A stretch of 64,000 nucleotides of DNA from an uncultured Chloroflexia bacterium (GTDB taxonomy: Bacteria > Chloroflexota > Anaerolineae > CG2-30-64-16). This document shows, piece by piece, positions 53,772 through 63,961 of this stretch. The stretch is taken from assembly GCA_963774265.1 (NCBI GenBank), contig CAVZDU010000001.1, positions 736,001-800,000 of the forward strand, read 5' to 3'. The notes beneath the pieces were generated by a model. The model did not search any database and was not told the origin of the DNA. It worked only from the letters and a program-made list of their open reading frames with translations. How positions within the stretch are numbered: position 1 is the first letter of the stretch; the number at the start of each line of letters is the position of its first letter. The position numbers and the translations under genes are program-made.

Positions 53772-54809
53772 TCACATCCCCACGTAGCGCGCATATAAGG
53801 TGGCGGCCTCGGCCTCGTCATGCACACCTTTGATGATCGCGCGGCCATCTCCGAATACGGTGAACTCGCGGCCATCCAGGGTGACGCGCAGCAGGAAGGG
53901 AGTCTGGCGCACATCCGTGGCTCCGCCGAGTCGCAATCGATCGGCCAACGCTGCGAGCGAGAGCGCGTCATCCTCCGCGCCTGCTACGCTCACCTGCACC
54001 GCATCGCGGCCACACAGCGACGTCGTCCGCGCGCCGGCCGACGCTTCGAGGAATTCGAAGTGGTGCAGCGCACACGCGGGGCAGTCAGACCGGGGTTCGC
54101 CGAGCTCGAAACGGTCGAAGGTCCCGTCCCAAAGGTCCACGTGGATCATCCCATCGTTGAGCGTCCCATCGCCGACGAGCAGCTTGATGGCCTCCGCGGC
54201 CACGATTGAGCCCATGAGCGAGACGATCGGGCCGATGATGCCCGCGGTGTCGCACGTTGCGACCGTCCCGGGCGCGGGCATTTCGCCCATGGTGCAGCGC
54301 AGGCACGGTGAGACGCCTGGCCGCACAGTGTGGGTCATACCGTAGGTAGCGAGAACGCCGCAGTAGACCCACGGCTTCCCCAGCTTGACGCAAGCGTCGT
54401 TTAACGAGTATCGCGTCGAGAAGTTGTCCGTGCCGTCGAGCACCACATCGGCGTCGGCGATGAAGGAGAGGATGTTGCCGGGGTTGACGTCTGCGACGAC
54501 CCCTTCGATGGCGATGGTGCTGTTGATCCGGCGCAGCTTGGCCGCAGCGGCAACCGCCTTGGGCAACACCTCCCTGACGTCGTCTTCGTCGTAGAGCAAT
54601 TGCCGCTGGAGGTTGTTTAGTTCGACGAAGTCGCGATCGACTAAACGCAGGTGGCCTACGCCCGCGCGGGCCAGGTGGTTGGCCAGCACCGACCCCGTTG
54701 CGCCCACCCCAATGATGGTTATGTGCGCGTCGAGGAGCCGGCGCTGACCCGCTGCGCCAATGCCGGGATAGATGGTTTGCCGCGCGTATCGTGCTAGGTC
54801 TGCTTGCAT
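53772..54809 (-). CDS. ThiF/MoeB-family adenylyltransferase
   Basis: RYARQ, GVGATG, DRDFVELNNLQRQ, DGTDNF, CLRC, CDTAG, CPAC, LCGRDAVQ. Confidence 0.92.
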   Translation of the reverse strand: MQADLARYARQTIYPGIGAAGQRRLLDAHITIIGVGATGSVLANHLARAGVGHLRLVDRDFVELNNLQRQLLYDEDDVREVLPKAVAAAAKLRRINSTIAIEGVVADVNPGNILSFIADADVVLDGTDNFSTRYSLNDACVKLGKPWVYCGVLATYGMTHTVRPGVSPCLRCTMGEMPAPGTVATCDTAGIIGPIVSLMGSIVAAEAIKLLVGDGTLNDGMIHVDLWDGTFDRFELGEPRSDCPACALHHFEFLEASAGARTTSLCGRDAVQVSVAGAEDDALSLAALADRLRLGGATDVRQTPFLLRVTLDGREFTVFGDGRAIIKGVHDEAEAATLYARYVGM

Positions 54810-54827
54810 GATGTATTCCTCTGCCAC

Positions 54828-54860
54828 AAGTGCCCGGCACTTTCGAAGTGCCGGGCACTT
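54828..54860. repeat. REP-like palindrome AAGTGCCCGGCACTT-TCG-AAGTGCCGGGCACTT
   Basis: Read directly; a degenerate half (GCGCCGGGCACTT) occurs near 23857-23869. Confidence 0.85.
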
Positions 54861-54888
54861 AGGGGGCACTTAGGATTTCGGCGCACTG

Positions 54889-55062
54889 TCACTTCCCTGT
54901 CACTTCCTCTGCTTCGCGCAGCTTGGTCGCCAGCGTGCGCAGTAGATCAGATTCGGTCACGATGCCGATGACGCTGGCCTTCTCGTCTACCACGGGCAGG
55001 CCGGCGATTTTTTTTCGGTCATTCTCGACCACGGGCAGATGACGGATGTGACGTTCCTTCAT
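54889..55062 (-). pseudogene. Internally deleted CBS-pair remnant (57 aa)
   Basis: MKERHIRHLPVVEND-RKKIAGLPVVDEKASVIGIVTESDLLR: start of CBS1 joined to the end of CBS2. Not in the ORF track. Confidence 0.65.
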
Positions 55063-55063
55063 G

Positions 55064-56343
55064 TCAGGCCGGCACCTTGTCCGGCACGCTGTGTATCCGA
55101 TCGTGTTCGGCGACCTTAGCCTGCAGCAACACGCCGAGGCGGCGGATGCCCTCCTCGATCTGTTCGGGCAGCGCGTTCGAGAAGTTGAGGCGCATGTTGT
55201 TCCGTCCGCGTGTCATGTCCGCATAGAACGCAAAGCCAGGCACGAAGGCGACCTTCGCCTGTACGGCCTCCTGCAGCAGCGGCTCGGTATCGATCCATTC
55301 CGGCACCCGGGCCCACAGGAATAGCCCACCTTCGGGCTGCGTCCACGAACAGCCCTCGGGGAAGTAGCGTCTCCATCGCAGCCAGCATGACGTTGCGCCG
55401 CTCGCTATACACCCGGCGGATCAGTTGGATGTGCTCGTCCAGGAAGCCGTTCTTGACCATTTCCTATGCCAGCATCTGGTCAAAGGTCGATGATGTGCAG
55501 GTCGGTGCCCTGCTTGGCCATGACCAGCTGATCGATCACCTCCACCGGGGCCACCACCCAGCCAAGACGCAGCCCGGGCGCCAGCGTCTTCGAGAAGGTG
55601 CCCAGGTAGATGACGTTGCCTTCCATGTAGCCGTGGCCGTTCAACCCGGCGTCTGCCTGAAAGTCAGCATCCAGCGCCACCAGCGGCGGCAGATGTTCGC
55701 CCTCAAAGCGCAGGGCGCCGTACGGATCATCTTCGACGATCGGGATGCCGTACTTGTTCGACAGACGCACAAGTTCCAGGCGCCGGTCCAACGACAGTGT
55801 CGTGCCGCCCGGATTTTGGAAGTTCGGCAGCACATACATGAACTTCGGTCCGACTCGCAGAGCGGCTTCCAGTAGCTCGGTGCGCAGCCCGTGATCGTCG
55901 ATCGGCACCCCGACGTATTCGGCCTGATAGGCATTCCAGGCCTGCAGCGCCCCCAGGTAGGTCGGTTCTTCGACCAGGATTCGGTCGCCGGGGTTGATCA
56001 GCAGCTTGCCGATCAGGTCCAGCGCCTGCTGCGAGCCGTTCGTGATGAACACGTTGTCGGCCTCTGCCTGGATGCCATAACGCGCCATGCGTTCGCAGAT
56101 GAAGTGCCGCAGCGGCACGAATCCCTCGGTCGGGCCGTATTGCAGCGCCTTCTCGCCCTGCTCTGTCAAGAGCCGGCAGGCCGCCTCCTGCGCCTGTTGC
56201 TTCGGAAACAGCTCAGGCGCGGGCAGGCCGCCGGCAAAGGAGATGATGTCGGGCTGCTGCGCGTACTTCAGCAGTTCGCGAATGATCGAACGCCCCATGC
56301 GCTGGTTGCGCTGGGCGTAGCGACTTTTCCAGAGTGTCGCCAT
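55064..56343 (-). CDS. PLP-dependent class I aminotransferase (LysN/ARO8-like), frameshifts near 55490 and 55350
   Basis: ISFAGGLPAPELFP, LQYGPTEG, PNFQNPGG, EDDPY, GTFSKTLAPGLRLGW, MRLNFS. Confidence 0.9.
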
Positions 56344-56372
56344 TACTCAACCTCCTTGTTGAGCTTCACGTG

Positions 56373-56927
56373 CTAACATGACAGGTTCTCGCTGCGCGCA
56401 CTCTGCGCCGCGCCGCAGGGCTTCCTTGTTAGCTGGCCAGGAATTTGCGCTGACGCTCGCCCAGGTGGCGATCCAGGGCGGTCTCCACCGCCTCCGACGG
56501 CAGCATGTTCGTGGCAACCAGGTAGGCGCCGAGCAGGACGACGTTCGCCTGTCGCACGTTGCCGAGCTCCTCCGCGATGTCGTTGGCCGGCACCGGCGAC
56601 GAAGCGGATGTCAGGCCGCGACGGCTCCACCGGTACGAGCGACTATTGTACACCAGGAGCCCGCCCGGCTTGACCAACGGCTCGTATTTCTCGAACGAAG
56701 GCAGGTTCAGGGCAACGACCGATTGGGGGCCGGCGCACCAGCGGCGAGCCGATCGGCTCATCTGAGACGACTACGGTGCAGTGCGCGGTGCCGCCGCGCA
56801 TTTCCGGCCCATAAGACGGAATCCAGGTGACGTGCAGACCTGAGTCGAGCGCAGCGTAGGCCAGCAACTGGCCGGCGAAGAGCGCGCCCTGCCCGCCAAA
56901 GCCGGAGAAGATGATCTCCTCGTGCAT
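56373..56927 (-). CDS. 2-oxoacid:ferredoxin oxidoreductase gamma subunit (frameshifts)
   Basis: [27 protein letters not shown]. Confidence 0.88.
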
Positions 56928-56938
56928 GGTAGGCTCCT

Positions 56939-57743
56939 TCAACCCAACGCCTTGACTTCGTCCGACACTTTGAAGTCGCCCAGCGGGAAGTACGGGACCA
57001 TGGTGTCGCGGATCCAGGCCAGGGCGTCGGGCGGCGACATGTGCCAGTTGGTCGGGCAGCTCGACAGAAACTCGACCATGCTCAGCCCCAGGCCGGCCAG
57101 CTGCGCTTTGAACGCCGTCACGACGGCCTTCTTGGCCTGGCGGATGGTGCGCGCGTCGTAGACCGAGCGGCGCACCACGTAGGACGCGCCCGGCAGCCCG
57201 GCGATGATCTCGGCCATGCGCATCGGGATAGCCGTGCAGCTTCGCGTTCGCGGCCCATCGGCGAGGAGGTGGTGACCTGACCCGATCAGGCTGGTCGGCG
57301 CCATCTGGCCGCTGGTCATGCCGTAGACTGCGTTGTTGACAAAGAAGACGGTGATGTTTTCCCCGCGATTGGCCGCGTGCAGGATTTCCGCCGCGCCGAT
57401 CGATGCCAGGTCGCCGTCACCCTGGTAGGTGAATACCATCTTGTCGGGCTGCGTGCGCTTCAGCCCGGTCGCCATCGCAGGCGCCCGACCGTGCGCGGCC
57501 TCCACCGCATCTACGTCGAAGTAGTAGTACATCAAGCACCGAGCAGCCCACCGGCGCCACCATGATCGTCCTGTCCTTGATCCCCAATTCGTCGATCGCC
57601 TCGCCGATCAGGCGGTGGATGATGCCGTGGGTGCAGCCGGGGCAGTAGTGCGTCAAGGCGTCGGAGAGTGCGTCCGGTCGCTGATATACGACTTGCCCAT
57701 GCTCCATGATCTCAATGGGTGAAAGCTGGTTTTCGTCTGACAT
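56939..57743 (-). CDS. 2-oxoacid:ferredoxin oxidoreductase beta (TPP-binding) subunit, Vor-like
   Basis: [48 protein letters not shown]. Confidence 0.9.
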
Positions 57744-57751
57744 CTTTCCCC

Positions 57752-58855
57752 CTACCAATACCGCGCTTCGACGCCGGCTTCCCGCGGGCGGTTCGTGAAC
57801 GCGACGCCGCGCAAGGCTTCAAGGATTTCGTCCGGCAGCGGCATCACGCCGCCCATTCGTCCGTAGAACTCGACTGGGCACGCGGTCATGCAACGCGCCA
57901 GCCGCACATCTTCCAGCATCTGGCCGGCGCTCATCTCGACCACCAGGATGGCCCGCTTGCCCTCCGCGGCCCTCGCCAGGTGCGTCATAGGGAAACGGCC
58001 ACAGGCTGATGGGCCGGAAGAGGCCGGCCGTCAGGCCCTGCGTGCGCGCTTCCTTGACCACCGTCTTGCAGGTGCGCGCCAACGGTGCCGTACGCCACCA
58101 GCAGGTACTCGGCGTCCTCGGTCTGGTACTCTTCCCAGCGCTGCTCGTGCCTCGCGGATGGCCTGGAGCTTGGCCTGCAGGCGGTGGTTGAGCGCTTCAA
58201 GCTCTTCTTCCTTGAGGAACAGCGAGGTGATGATGCGCTTCTCGCGGCCCGTCTGCCCCGCGCACAGCCCAATCGCCGCGTTCTGCCTCGGTCAGCAGCG
58301 GACGCATGGGCGGCATCTCGGCCGGCTCCATCATCTGACCGAGCGAGCCATCGGCCGCAATGATGACGATCGTGCGATACTTTTCGGCCAGGGGGAAAGA
58401 CTCGTATATGAGATCGACAGCTTCCTGGATGGTCGACGGGGCCAGCACGATCGGGTGGAAGTCGCCGTGGCCCGCCGAGCGGGTCATCTGGAAGTAGTCG
58501 GACTGGCTGGGCTGGATGTTGCCCAGGCCGGGACCGCCGCGCATGATATCCACCAGCACCGCGGGCACTTCGGATGCGGCGATGTAGGACAGACCCTCCT
58601 GCATCAGGCTGATGCCGGGGCTGGAGGAGGAGGTCATGGCACGCGCGCCACCGCAGGCCGCGCCGTAGACCATGTTGATCGAGGCTACCTCGCTCTCGGC
58701 CTGAAGGAAGGTGCGGCCTAGCTCGGGCATGCGCACTGACATGTATTCGAGCAGCTCGGTTTGTGGGGTGATGGGGTAGCCGAAGAAAGCTTCAACCCCG
58801 CCCGGATGGCGGCCTCTGCGATGGCCTCATTGCCTTCCCAGAGCTCCTTTGCCAT
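57752..58855 (-). CDS. 2-oxoacid:ferredoxin oxidoreductase alpha subunit (VorB-like), frameshifts
   Basis: [62 protein letters not shown]. Confidence 0.9.
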
Positions 58856-58870
58856 GGAAAAAGCCTCCGT

Positions 58871-59119
58871 TTATGCAAGCACCTTACGTGAATCGTACCG
58901 GTAGACGGTCAGCACGACGTCGGGGCACATCAATGCGCAGAGCGCGCAGCCAGTGCATTTGCCTTCCGGGTCGACCAACTCGACGGGCCGGTAGCCGCGC
59001 GCGTTGAACGTCGCGCGACTCATGTGGAGGATGTCCTGTGGGCACACCTTCGTGCACAGCTCACATCCCTTGCAGCGGTCGGTCTCGATGGCAACAGTTC
59101 CTCGGACCATACCTGTCAC
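58871..59119 (-). CDS. 2x[4Fe-4S] ferredoxin (oxidoreductase delta subunit)
   Basis: CKGCELCTKVCP, FNARGY, CTGCALCALMCPD. Confidence 0.9.
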   Translation of the reverse strand: MTGMVRGTVAIETDRCKGCELCTKVCPQDILHMSRATFNARGYRPVELVDPEGKCTGCALCALMCPDVVLTVYRYDSRKVLA

Positions 59120-60927
59120 CTCCTTGGGACAGTATTGTATGCTATTCGTTTTCGGCAGGCGCCGCTGGCCGGAATGGCGCGATCAGCGCGCGGCCGAGCA
59201 CCTGCCGCGGCGTCCTTGACTATCATATGCGCAACCTGCCCGTAATTCAACTTTGGGCCCTTGACATCCAGATTGAGCTCCCGTTTGTCGCACACGGTGG
59301 ACATATTGGCCTGTTCGATTTCGGGGCGCAGCCGGGCCATTTCTCGCTGGAATTCCTCTTCGGTCGTGCTTATGATCAACCGGTCGATCTCCGCGATCAG
59401 GCTGACGGCCCAGTCGATGCGCTGTTCAGTGGCCGCGGCCTGCGTCTGAGGGATCAGGCCATACTCTGCCTTGATCTGGTTGAGTCGCTTGCCGGCAGCA
59501 TAGGTGGCATCCACCAGTTGGTGGCGATTCATCCACTCCGTCTCGTAGTTCAGCACATACTTCCAGCTCGGCGCGACCAGCAGCCGGCGGTGCTCTTCCA
59601 GCGTCCGCGCAAACATCTTGTAGCCGTGCTCGTGCGGTTTCTCGAAGCCCCGGCTGCCGGGATCCAGGAATGGCGCCAGCGGCGAGATGAACGGGGCAAG
59701 ACGGCCATCTTTGCCGAACCGGCGGAGCAGCTCCTCGCAGTAGTCGATGGTGCCCAGCACAGATTCGGCCGTTTGTTGGGGCAGGCCTGCCATGAAGAAG
59801 ACATCGAGCCGCTTCGCACCCACGTCCAGGGCGTCGGCGATGGTGCGTTCGATCGGCTCGTTGCCGTAATGCTTGCCGAACGCGTAGCGCACGACCGGAT
59901 CGTGGCTCTCCAGCGAGACTTCCAGGGTGAAATTGGGCATGGCATTTGCCATGTCGGCCAGAAACTCGCGTGAGGCGGGCGAGAAGAGCTCGGTGATGAT
60001 CGGGCCGTTGAAGCCGTGCATGGCGTCGAAAAAGCGCCGAGCGTAGTCGCGGCCCGCTTGGCGCAGGTCACCCAGGATAAAAACCGGACCGCCGCTCATG
60101 CGTGCGATGCGACGCACATCTGCGGCCAGCATGTCAGGATCGCGGAACGCGGGCTTGTCGCGGCCGTGCATCTTCTTGAACGCCGCGCTTGAGCCGCCGC
60201 AGATCACGCAGCTCTGGGTGCAGCCCCGGCACGACAGAGCCGCCATGATCGGGTAGTCCAACCAGTCCTTGAAGGGGACATAGTTGCTCAGATCCATGTC
60301 GCGCACGGCCGCGCGCACCACGTAGCGATAATCGAGCATGACGTGGTCGAGCTTGTCGGGCCGGTAGGTGTGTTCGTTGACGTGGACCTCGCCGCTGCGA
60401 TCCTTCCAGGTGAGGTTGGGGATTTCGCGCAATGCGCGGGCCTTGGGCGCACCGGTCAGGTGATCCATGAGCTGGCGGAGCGGCTCTTCGGCCGAATCAC
60501 CGCGGATCACATAGTCCACGAACGGATAACGGATCAGCTCCTCGTGGAAGTAGGTGGAGGAGAAGCCTCCGAAGATGATCGGGGTGTTGGGATGATGCTT
60601 TTTGACCATCTCGGCTACGGCCAGTGCGCCGTGCGCGTGAGGCAGCCAGTGCAGGTCGATGCCAAACGCGACCGGGTTAAGCCCCTTCACCAGGGCTTCC
60701 GGATCAAAGTTGTCGTCCTTCAGCATGCGCACGGCCAGGTTGACGATGCGCACCCGCAGCCCATGCCGTTCGAGGTACTCGGCCATCGTAGTAAAACCGA
60801 TAGGATACATCTCGAACACTGGGGTTGATGGCACCAGGTCGCTCACAGGCCCGTAGAGGATCGAGTGCTTGCGGAAGTCGTATACGCTGGGGGCGTGCAG
60901 GAAGATCAAATCAGCGCGACTAAACAT
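59116..60927 (-). CDS. B12-binding domain/radical SAM protein (resembles the Ta0216/TIGR04190 family)
   Basis: LHAPSVYDFR...FEMYPIGF, IDLHWLPHAHG, CTQSCVIC (CxxxCxxC), PLAPFLDPGS. Family name is from recall, not from a search. Confidence 0.8.
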   Translation of the reverse strand: MFSRADLIFLHAPSVYDFRKHSILYGPVSDLVPSTPVFEMYPIGFTTMAEYLERHGLRVRIVNLAVRMLKDDNFDPEALVKGLNPVAFGIDLHWLPHAHGALAVAEMVKKHHPNTPIIFGGFSSTYFHEELIRYPFVDYVIRGDSAEEPLRQLMDHLTGAPKARALREIPNLTWKDRSGEVHVNEHTYRPDKLDHVMLDYRYVVRAAVRDMDLSNYVPFKDWLDYPIMAALSCRGCTQSCVICGGSSAAFKKMHGRDKPAFRDPDMLAADVRRIARMSGGPVFILGDLRQAGRDYARRFFDAMHGFNGPIITELFSPASREFLADMANAMPNFTLEVSLESHDPVVRYAFGKHYGNEPIERTIADALDVGAKRLDVFFMAGLPQQTAESVLGTIDYCEELLRRFGKDGRLAPFISPLAPFLDPGSRGFEKPHEHGYKMFARTLEEHRRLLVAPSWKYVLNYETEWMNRHQLVDATYAAGKRLNQIKAEYGLIPQTQAAATEQRIDWAVSLIAEIDRLIISTTEEEFQREMARLRPEIEQANMSTVCDKRELNLDVKGPKLNYGQVAHMIVKDAAAGARPRADRAIPASGACRKRIAYNTVPRR

Positions 60928-61009
60928 AATATGTTGTTTTCCTAAACACGAACAGGCACCTGCGTATGGGCGCAGGCGCTGGTGAGCATGGCTGGCTTCT
61001 GGACGAGAC

Positions 61010-61447
61010 TTAGGCTGGCACAGCTTCGCTGCTGAGTATCTCGATCAGGAAGTCGAGCAAATCAGTCTCAGTGATGATGCCCGTCAGTTGTCCGTCGATG
61101 ACCACGGGCAGGCCGCCGATTTTGTGGTCCCGCATCGTGCGGGCGGCCTCAGCAATGGTTGCCGACGGCTCGATGGTAAGCGGGTTCGGGGTCATGCAGG
61201 AACCCACTTCGATGTGATCCAGGATGAAGTTATCATACCACTGCTCGCGCACCACGAAGGGCGAGTTTGCAGCGCGGCGCAAATCCCGATCGGTGATGAT
61301 GCCGACGAGGCGGCCGCGATCGATCACTGGCAGTCGTCGATAACCACCCTCGCGCATCAGGTTGATCGCAGTGCGGATGGCGTTCCGAGGCGTCACTGAC
61401 ACCGGATTGGGAGTCATAATATCAGCCACCAGGCGCTTGGCGGGCAT
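61010..61447 (-). CDS. CBS-pair protein (AcuB-like)
   Basis: MTPNP...RRLPVI...GIITDRD; MTPNP...KIGGLPVV...GIITETD. Confidence 0.9.
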   Translation of the reverse strand: MPAKRLVADIMTPNPVSVTPRNAIRTAINLMREGGYRRLPVIDRGRLVGIITDRDLRRAANSPFVVREQWYDNFILDHIEVGSCMTPNPLTIEPSATIAEAARTMRDHKIGGLPVVIDGQLTGIITETDLLDFLIEILSSEAVPA

Positions 61448-61608
61448 AGCAGTTCTCCGTGTCGTGGTTGACGGTGGCGCCAACCCTAGAGACTAGACGG
61501 CATTGGCCCAGCCATCACGACCGGTCAACGCCTCTGGCATTGCCTGTATTGTAGCACCTGGTGATGATAGACTGTATGATGCGGGTCATGTCATGGGAAA
61601 TGCTAATG

Positions 61609-61695
61609 GTAGTAACGACTTCCGCCGCCGGCCCAGGGCGAGACGGCTTTAGTCGTCACGAAGTCAACCGGCGAGACGACTAAAGCCGTTACCAC
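61609..61695. repeat. REP-like composite inverted repeat downstream of rex
   Basis: GTAGTAACGACTT ... ACGGCTTTAGTCGTC / GACGACTAAAGCCGT-TACCAC. Confidence 0.7.
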
Positions 61696-61708
61696 GGCAT
61701 GAGGCCAG

Positions 61709-62332
61709 TTAGAGGTAATAAGTCATCCGCTGCAAGCCAACCACCGGGTCAATGTACTGGACGCGGACGTTGCTGGGCACCGTCAGGGTGATGGGCGCGT
61801 AGTTCAAGATGGCCTTGACGCCGGCCTCGACCATCGTGCGGGCAATTCCTTGCGCCTCTTCTGCCGGCGTAGCAATGATGCCGACCGTGATGCCCCGGGA
61901 CTTGATGGTCTCCCCGAGCTCGGTGACCGGCTGCACCGTCACGTTGTCAATGCCCATGGGTTTGCCGATCTTGTCTTCCTTATTGTCAAAGATCGCCTTG
62001 ATGGCGAAACCCTTGCCCTTGAACCCGTCGTAGTCCGCGATGGCTTTGCCCAGGTTGCCTGCGCCGACCAGCGCCACATCCCACATCGAATTGACTTTCA
62101 GGATCGTGCGCAGTTGTTCGTGCAGGAAATTGATATCATACCCGGTGCCTTGCTTGCCGAATTCACCGAAGTGCGACAAGTCCTTGCGGATCTGGGCGGA
62201 TGAAATGCCCAGGCGGTCCCCCAACTCCTGCGACGACGTAATCTGCCGGCCCTCGGCGATCAGGAACCCCAACGCGCGCAGGTAAACAGGCAGCCGACCA
62301 ATCACGATATCGGGAATCACCCTCTTCGCCAT
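61709..62332 (-). CDS. rex: Redox-sensing transcriptional repressor Rex
   Basis: RLPVYLR, SSQELG, QIRKDLSHFGEFGKQGTGY, VGAGNLGKA, AILNYAP. Confidence 0.97.
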   Translation of the reverse strand: MAKRVIPDIVIGRLPVYLRALGFLIAEGRQITSSQELGDRLGISSAQIRKDLSHFGEFGKQGTGYDINFLHEQLRTILKVNSMWDVALVGAGNLGKAIADYDGFKGKGFAIKAIFDNKEDKIGKPMGIDNVTVQPVTELGETIKSRGITVGIIATPAEEAQGIARTMVEAGVKAILNYAPITLTVPSNVRVQYIDPVVGLQRMTYYL

Positions 62333-62430
62333 GTTACTCTCCTTGCTGCAGGCATGCCGCCTGCCACCCTACCACGCGGTCGCACGTGTTCTGTAGCTGG
62401 CTCGTGTGCCGTTTGTGATCTGTATAGTTT

Positions 62431-62469
62431 ATTCTAGCACACGTGCAATTGTTGTGCAACTCTTGACAA
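62431..62469 (-). promoter_or_regulatory. rex promoter overlapped by a putative Rex operator
   Basis: TTGCAC-17 nt-TAGAAT (with TG extension) on the minus strand; TTGTGCAACTCTTGACAA (62452-62469) has 2 mismatches to TTGTGAA-N4-TTCACAA. Confidence 0.7.
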
Positions 62470-62623
62470 GGCCGTAAAGCTTGTCACAAGGCGCCCCTGT
62501 GGGCGCCACTGTGCGATGATGGGGCTGGGTGTGGCCCAGGCTGAATAGATGACTCAATGTGGCGCCGGCGATTTTCCGCAAGTCACGTCGGGGCTGTTTG
62601 GCGACATTCTCGCTGCCTCTTGG

Positions 62624-63961
62624 CTAGGGACTGTTGCGGAGCACCATGGGCAGGCGCAGCATGTACTGCAGGAGCAGCCCGTGGATATCGCGGTTGCCTC
62701 CGCTGTCCCGCTGGTGCTCCCAGGCGACCAGAAAGCCGGCCCGACCGCCCGCCACGGCAGGGTATTCGCGATCGGTTGTTGATCCCGGGAGCTTCACCAG
62801 GAAAGGCGGAGGTAGATTTTCGTTAGGCCATGCGCTGCGCGCCCAGATTGCGTAGTGTATAGGATTGGCGTAGCGGGTCTGCCAGGCCAGCAGATATCGG
62901 TCCCCCGCCCAATTGCAGTCGACGTCCACGTTCACCTCCGGTGAGGTCGTGTCGTCTATCTCGTACACGTTGCCGGGCACGGCGTCGCCGTTGAGGTAGC
63001 GGGCATAGATCGCATAGTTCTTCTCGGCCGGCGCTTGATCGGACTGCCAGGCGACCAGGTACTGATCGGCCGCCGCGCAGGCGGCCACCGCAGGCGCCGC
63101 CTCAAAGGAGGGCCAGCCGGCGATGACAAATTCACCGGTGACCGTGGGGCTGCCGCCGGTCAGCGGGACGCCGTCGCCCCGCAGACGCATCCCCCAAATG
63201 TCGATGTTGCTGGCGCTAAGCTCCAGATCCCAGGTGACCAGGTACTCGTTACGATGCAGGTTGTACGCCACGTCAGGGAAGTCGCGGATCTGGGCCCCGC
63301 TGGAGATCGTGAAGCCGTCGCCACCCGGAAAGCCGCCCGTCGCGGCAGTGATCCGCACCGCGCTAATGTAGCCGGGGACATTGATGGTCTCGCTCTTCCA
63401 CACCACCAGGAATTCTTCCTGAGCGCGGCCGTACGCCACCGCAGGGTGCCCCTGGTTGCTGGGCCATGAGCAGATCGGAAAATCCGTCGGATCAGGTGGT
63501 CCGTTCCAGGGGACAAAGCGCCCGTACACATCCCAATTGCTGCCGTTTCCGGAGATGTCGTCGGCCCACACAACCAGATAGCGGTCGTTGACCGGATCGT
63601 AGGCCACCGCCGGGTTCGTCTGGCTATGACCGGACGCGAGGGCAAACCAGCTCAAAAGCCGCCCGTCGCCGGAGATGCGCTGGGCATAAATGTCGTGGTA
63701 GCCACCGCCCCAATCGTTCTCCCAAACCACGAGATACTGGTTGTGGAGCGAGTTGTAGGCAATTGCTGGGCTGTACTCCGCGCTGTCGCGCTCCGAGATA
63801 ATGATCTCGCTGCTGAGGTTCGATGCGGCGACAGATTCAAGGGTCAGATGGCTGTCGCCACGTGGGTCGACGGGAGCTTCGGGGGGTGTCCATGCTACCG
63901 ACGCGACCGCCAGGAGCAGGGCCAGGCTGGCCCAGATGCGCAAGGGGTTTCGGGCGAACAT
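62624..63961 (-). CDS. Secreted repeat protein (probable beta-propeller) with a C-terminal LPMVLR motif
   Basis: Signal peptide MFARNPLRIWASLALLLAVASVA; about 7 repeats of PAVAY...YLVVW...DIYG; ends YMLRLPMVLRNSP; SD GGAAGGAGG. Confidence 0.78.
   Translation of the reverse strand: MFARNPLRIWASLALLLAVASVAWTPPEAPVDPRGDSHLTLESVAASNLSSEIIISERDSAEYSPAIAYNSLHNQYLVVWENDWGGGYHDIYAQRISGDGRLLSWFALASGHSQTNPAVAYDPVNDRYLVVWADDISGNGSNWDVYGRFVPWNGPPDPTDFPICSWPSNQGHPAVAYGRAQEEFLVVWKSETINVPGYISAVRITAATGGFPGGDGFTISSGAQIRDFPDVAYNLHRNEYLVTWDLELSASNIDIWGMRLRGDGVPLTGGSPTVTGEFVIAGWPSFEAAPAVAACAAADQYLVAWQSDQAPAEKNYAIYARYLNGDAVPGNVYEIDDTTSPEVNVDVDCNWAGDRYLLAWQTRYANPIHYAIWARSAWPNENLPPPFLVKLPGSTTDREYPAVAGGRAGFLVAWEHQRDSGGNRDIHGLLLQYMLRLPMVLRNSP

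Noticed and set aside
25760-58855. Mass pseudogenisation or programmed frameshifting
   Set aside because: Indels hit core genes (asd, lysC, argH) while motifs stay intact and nonsense changes are almost absent. This is typical of long-read consensus error.
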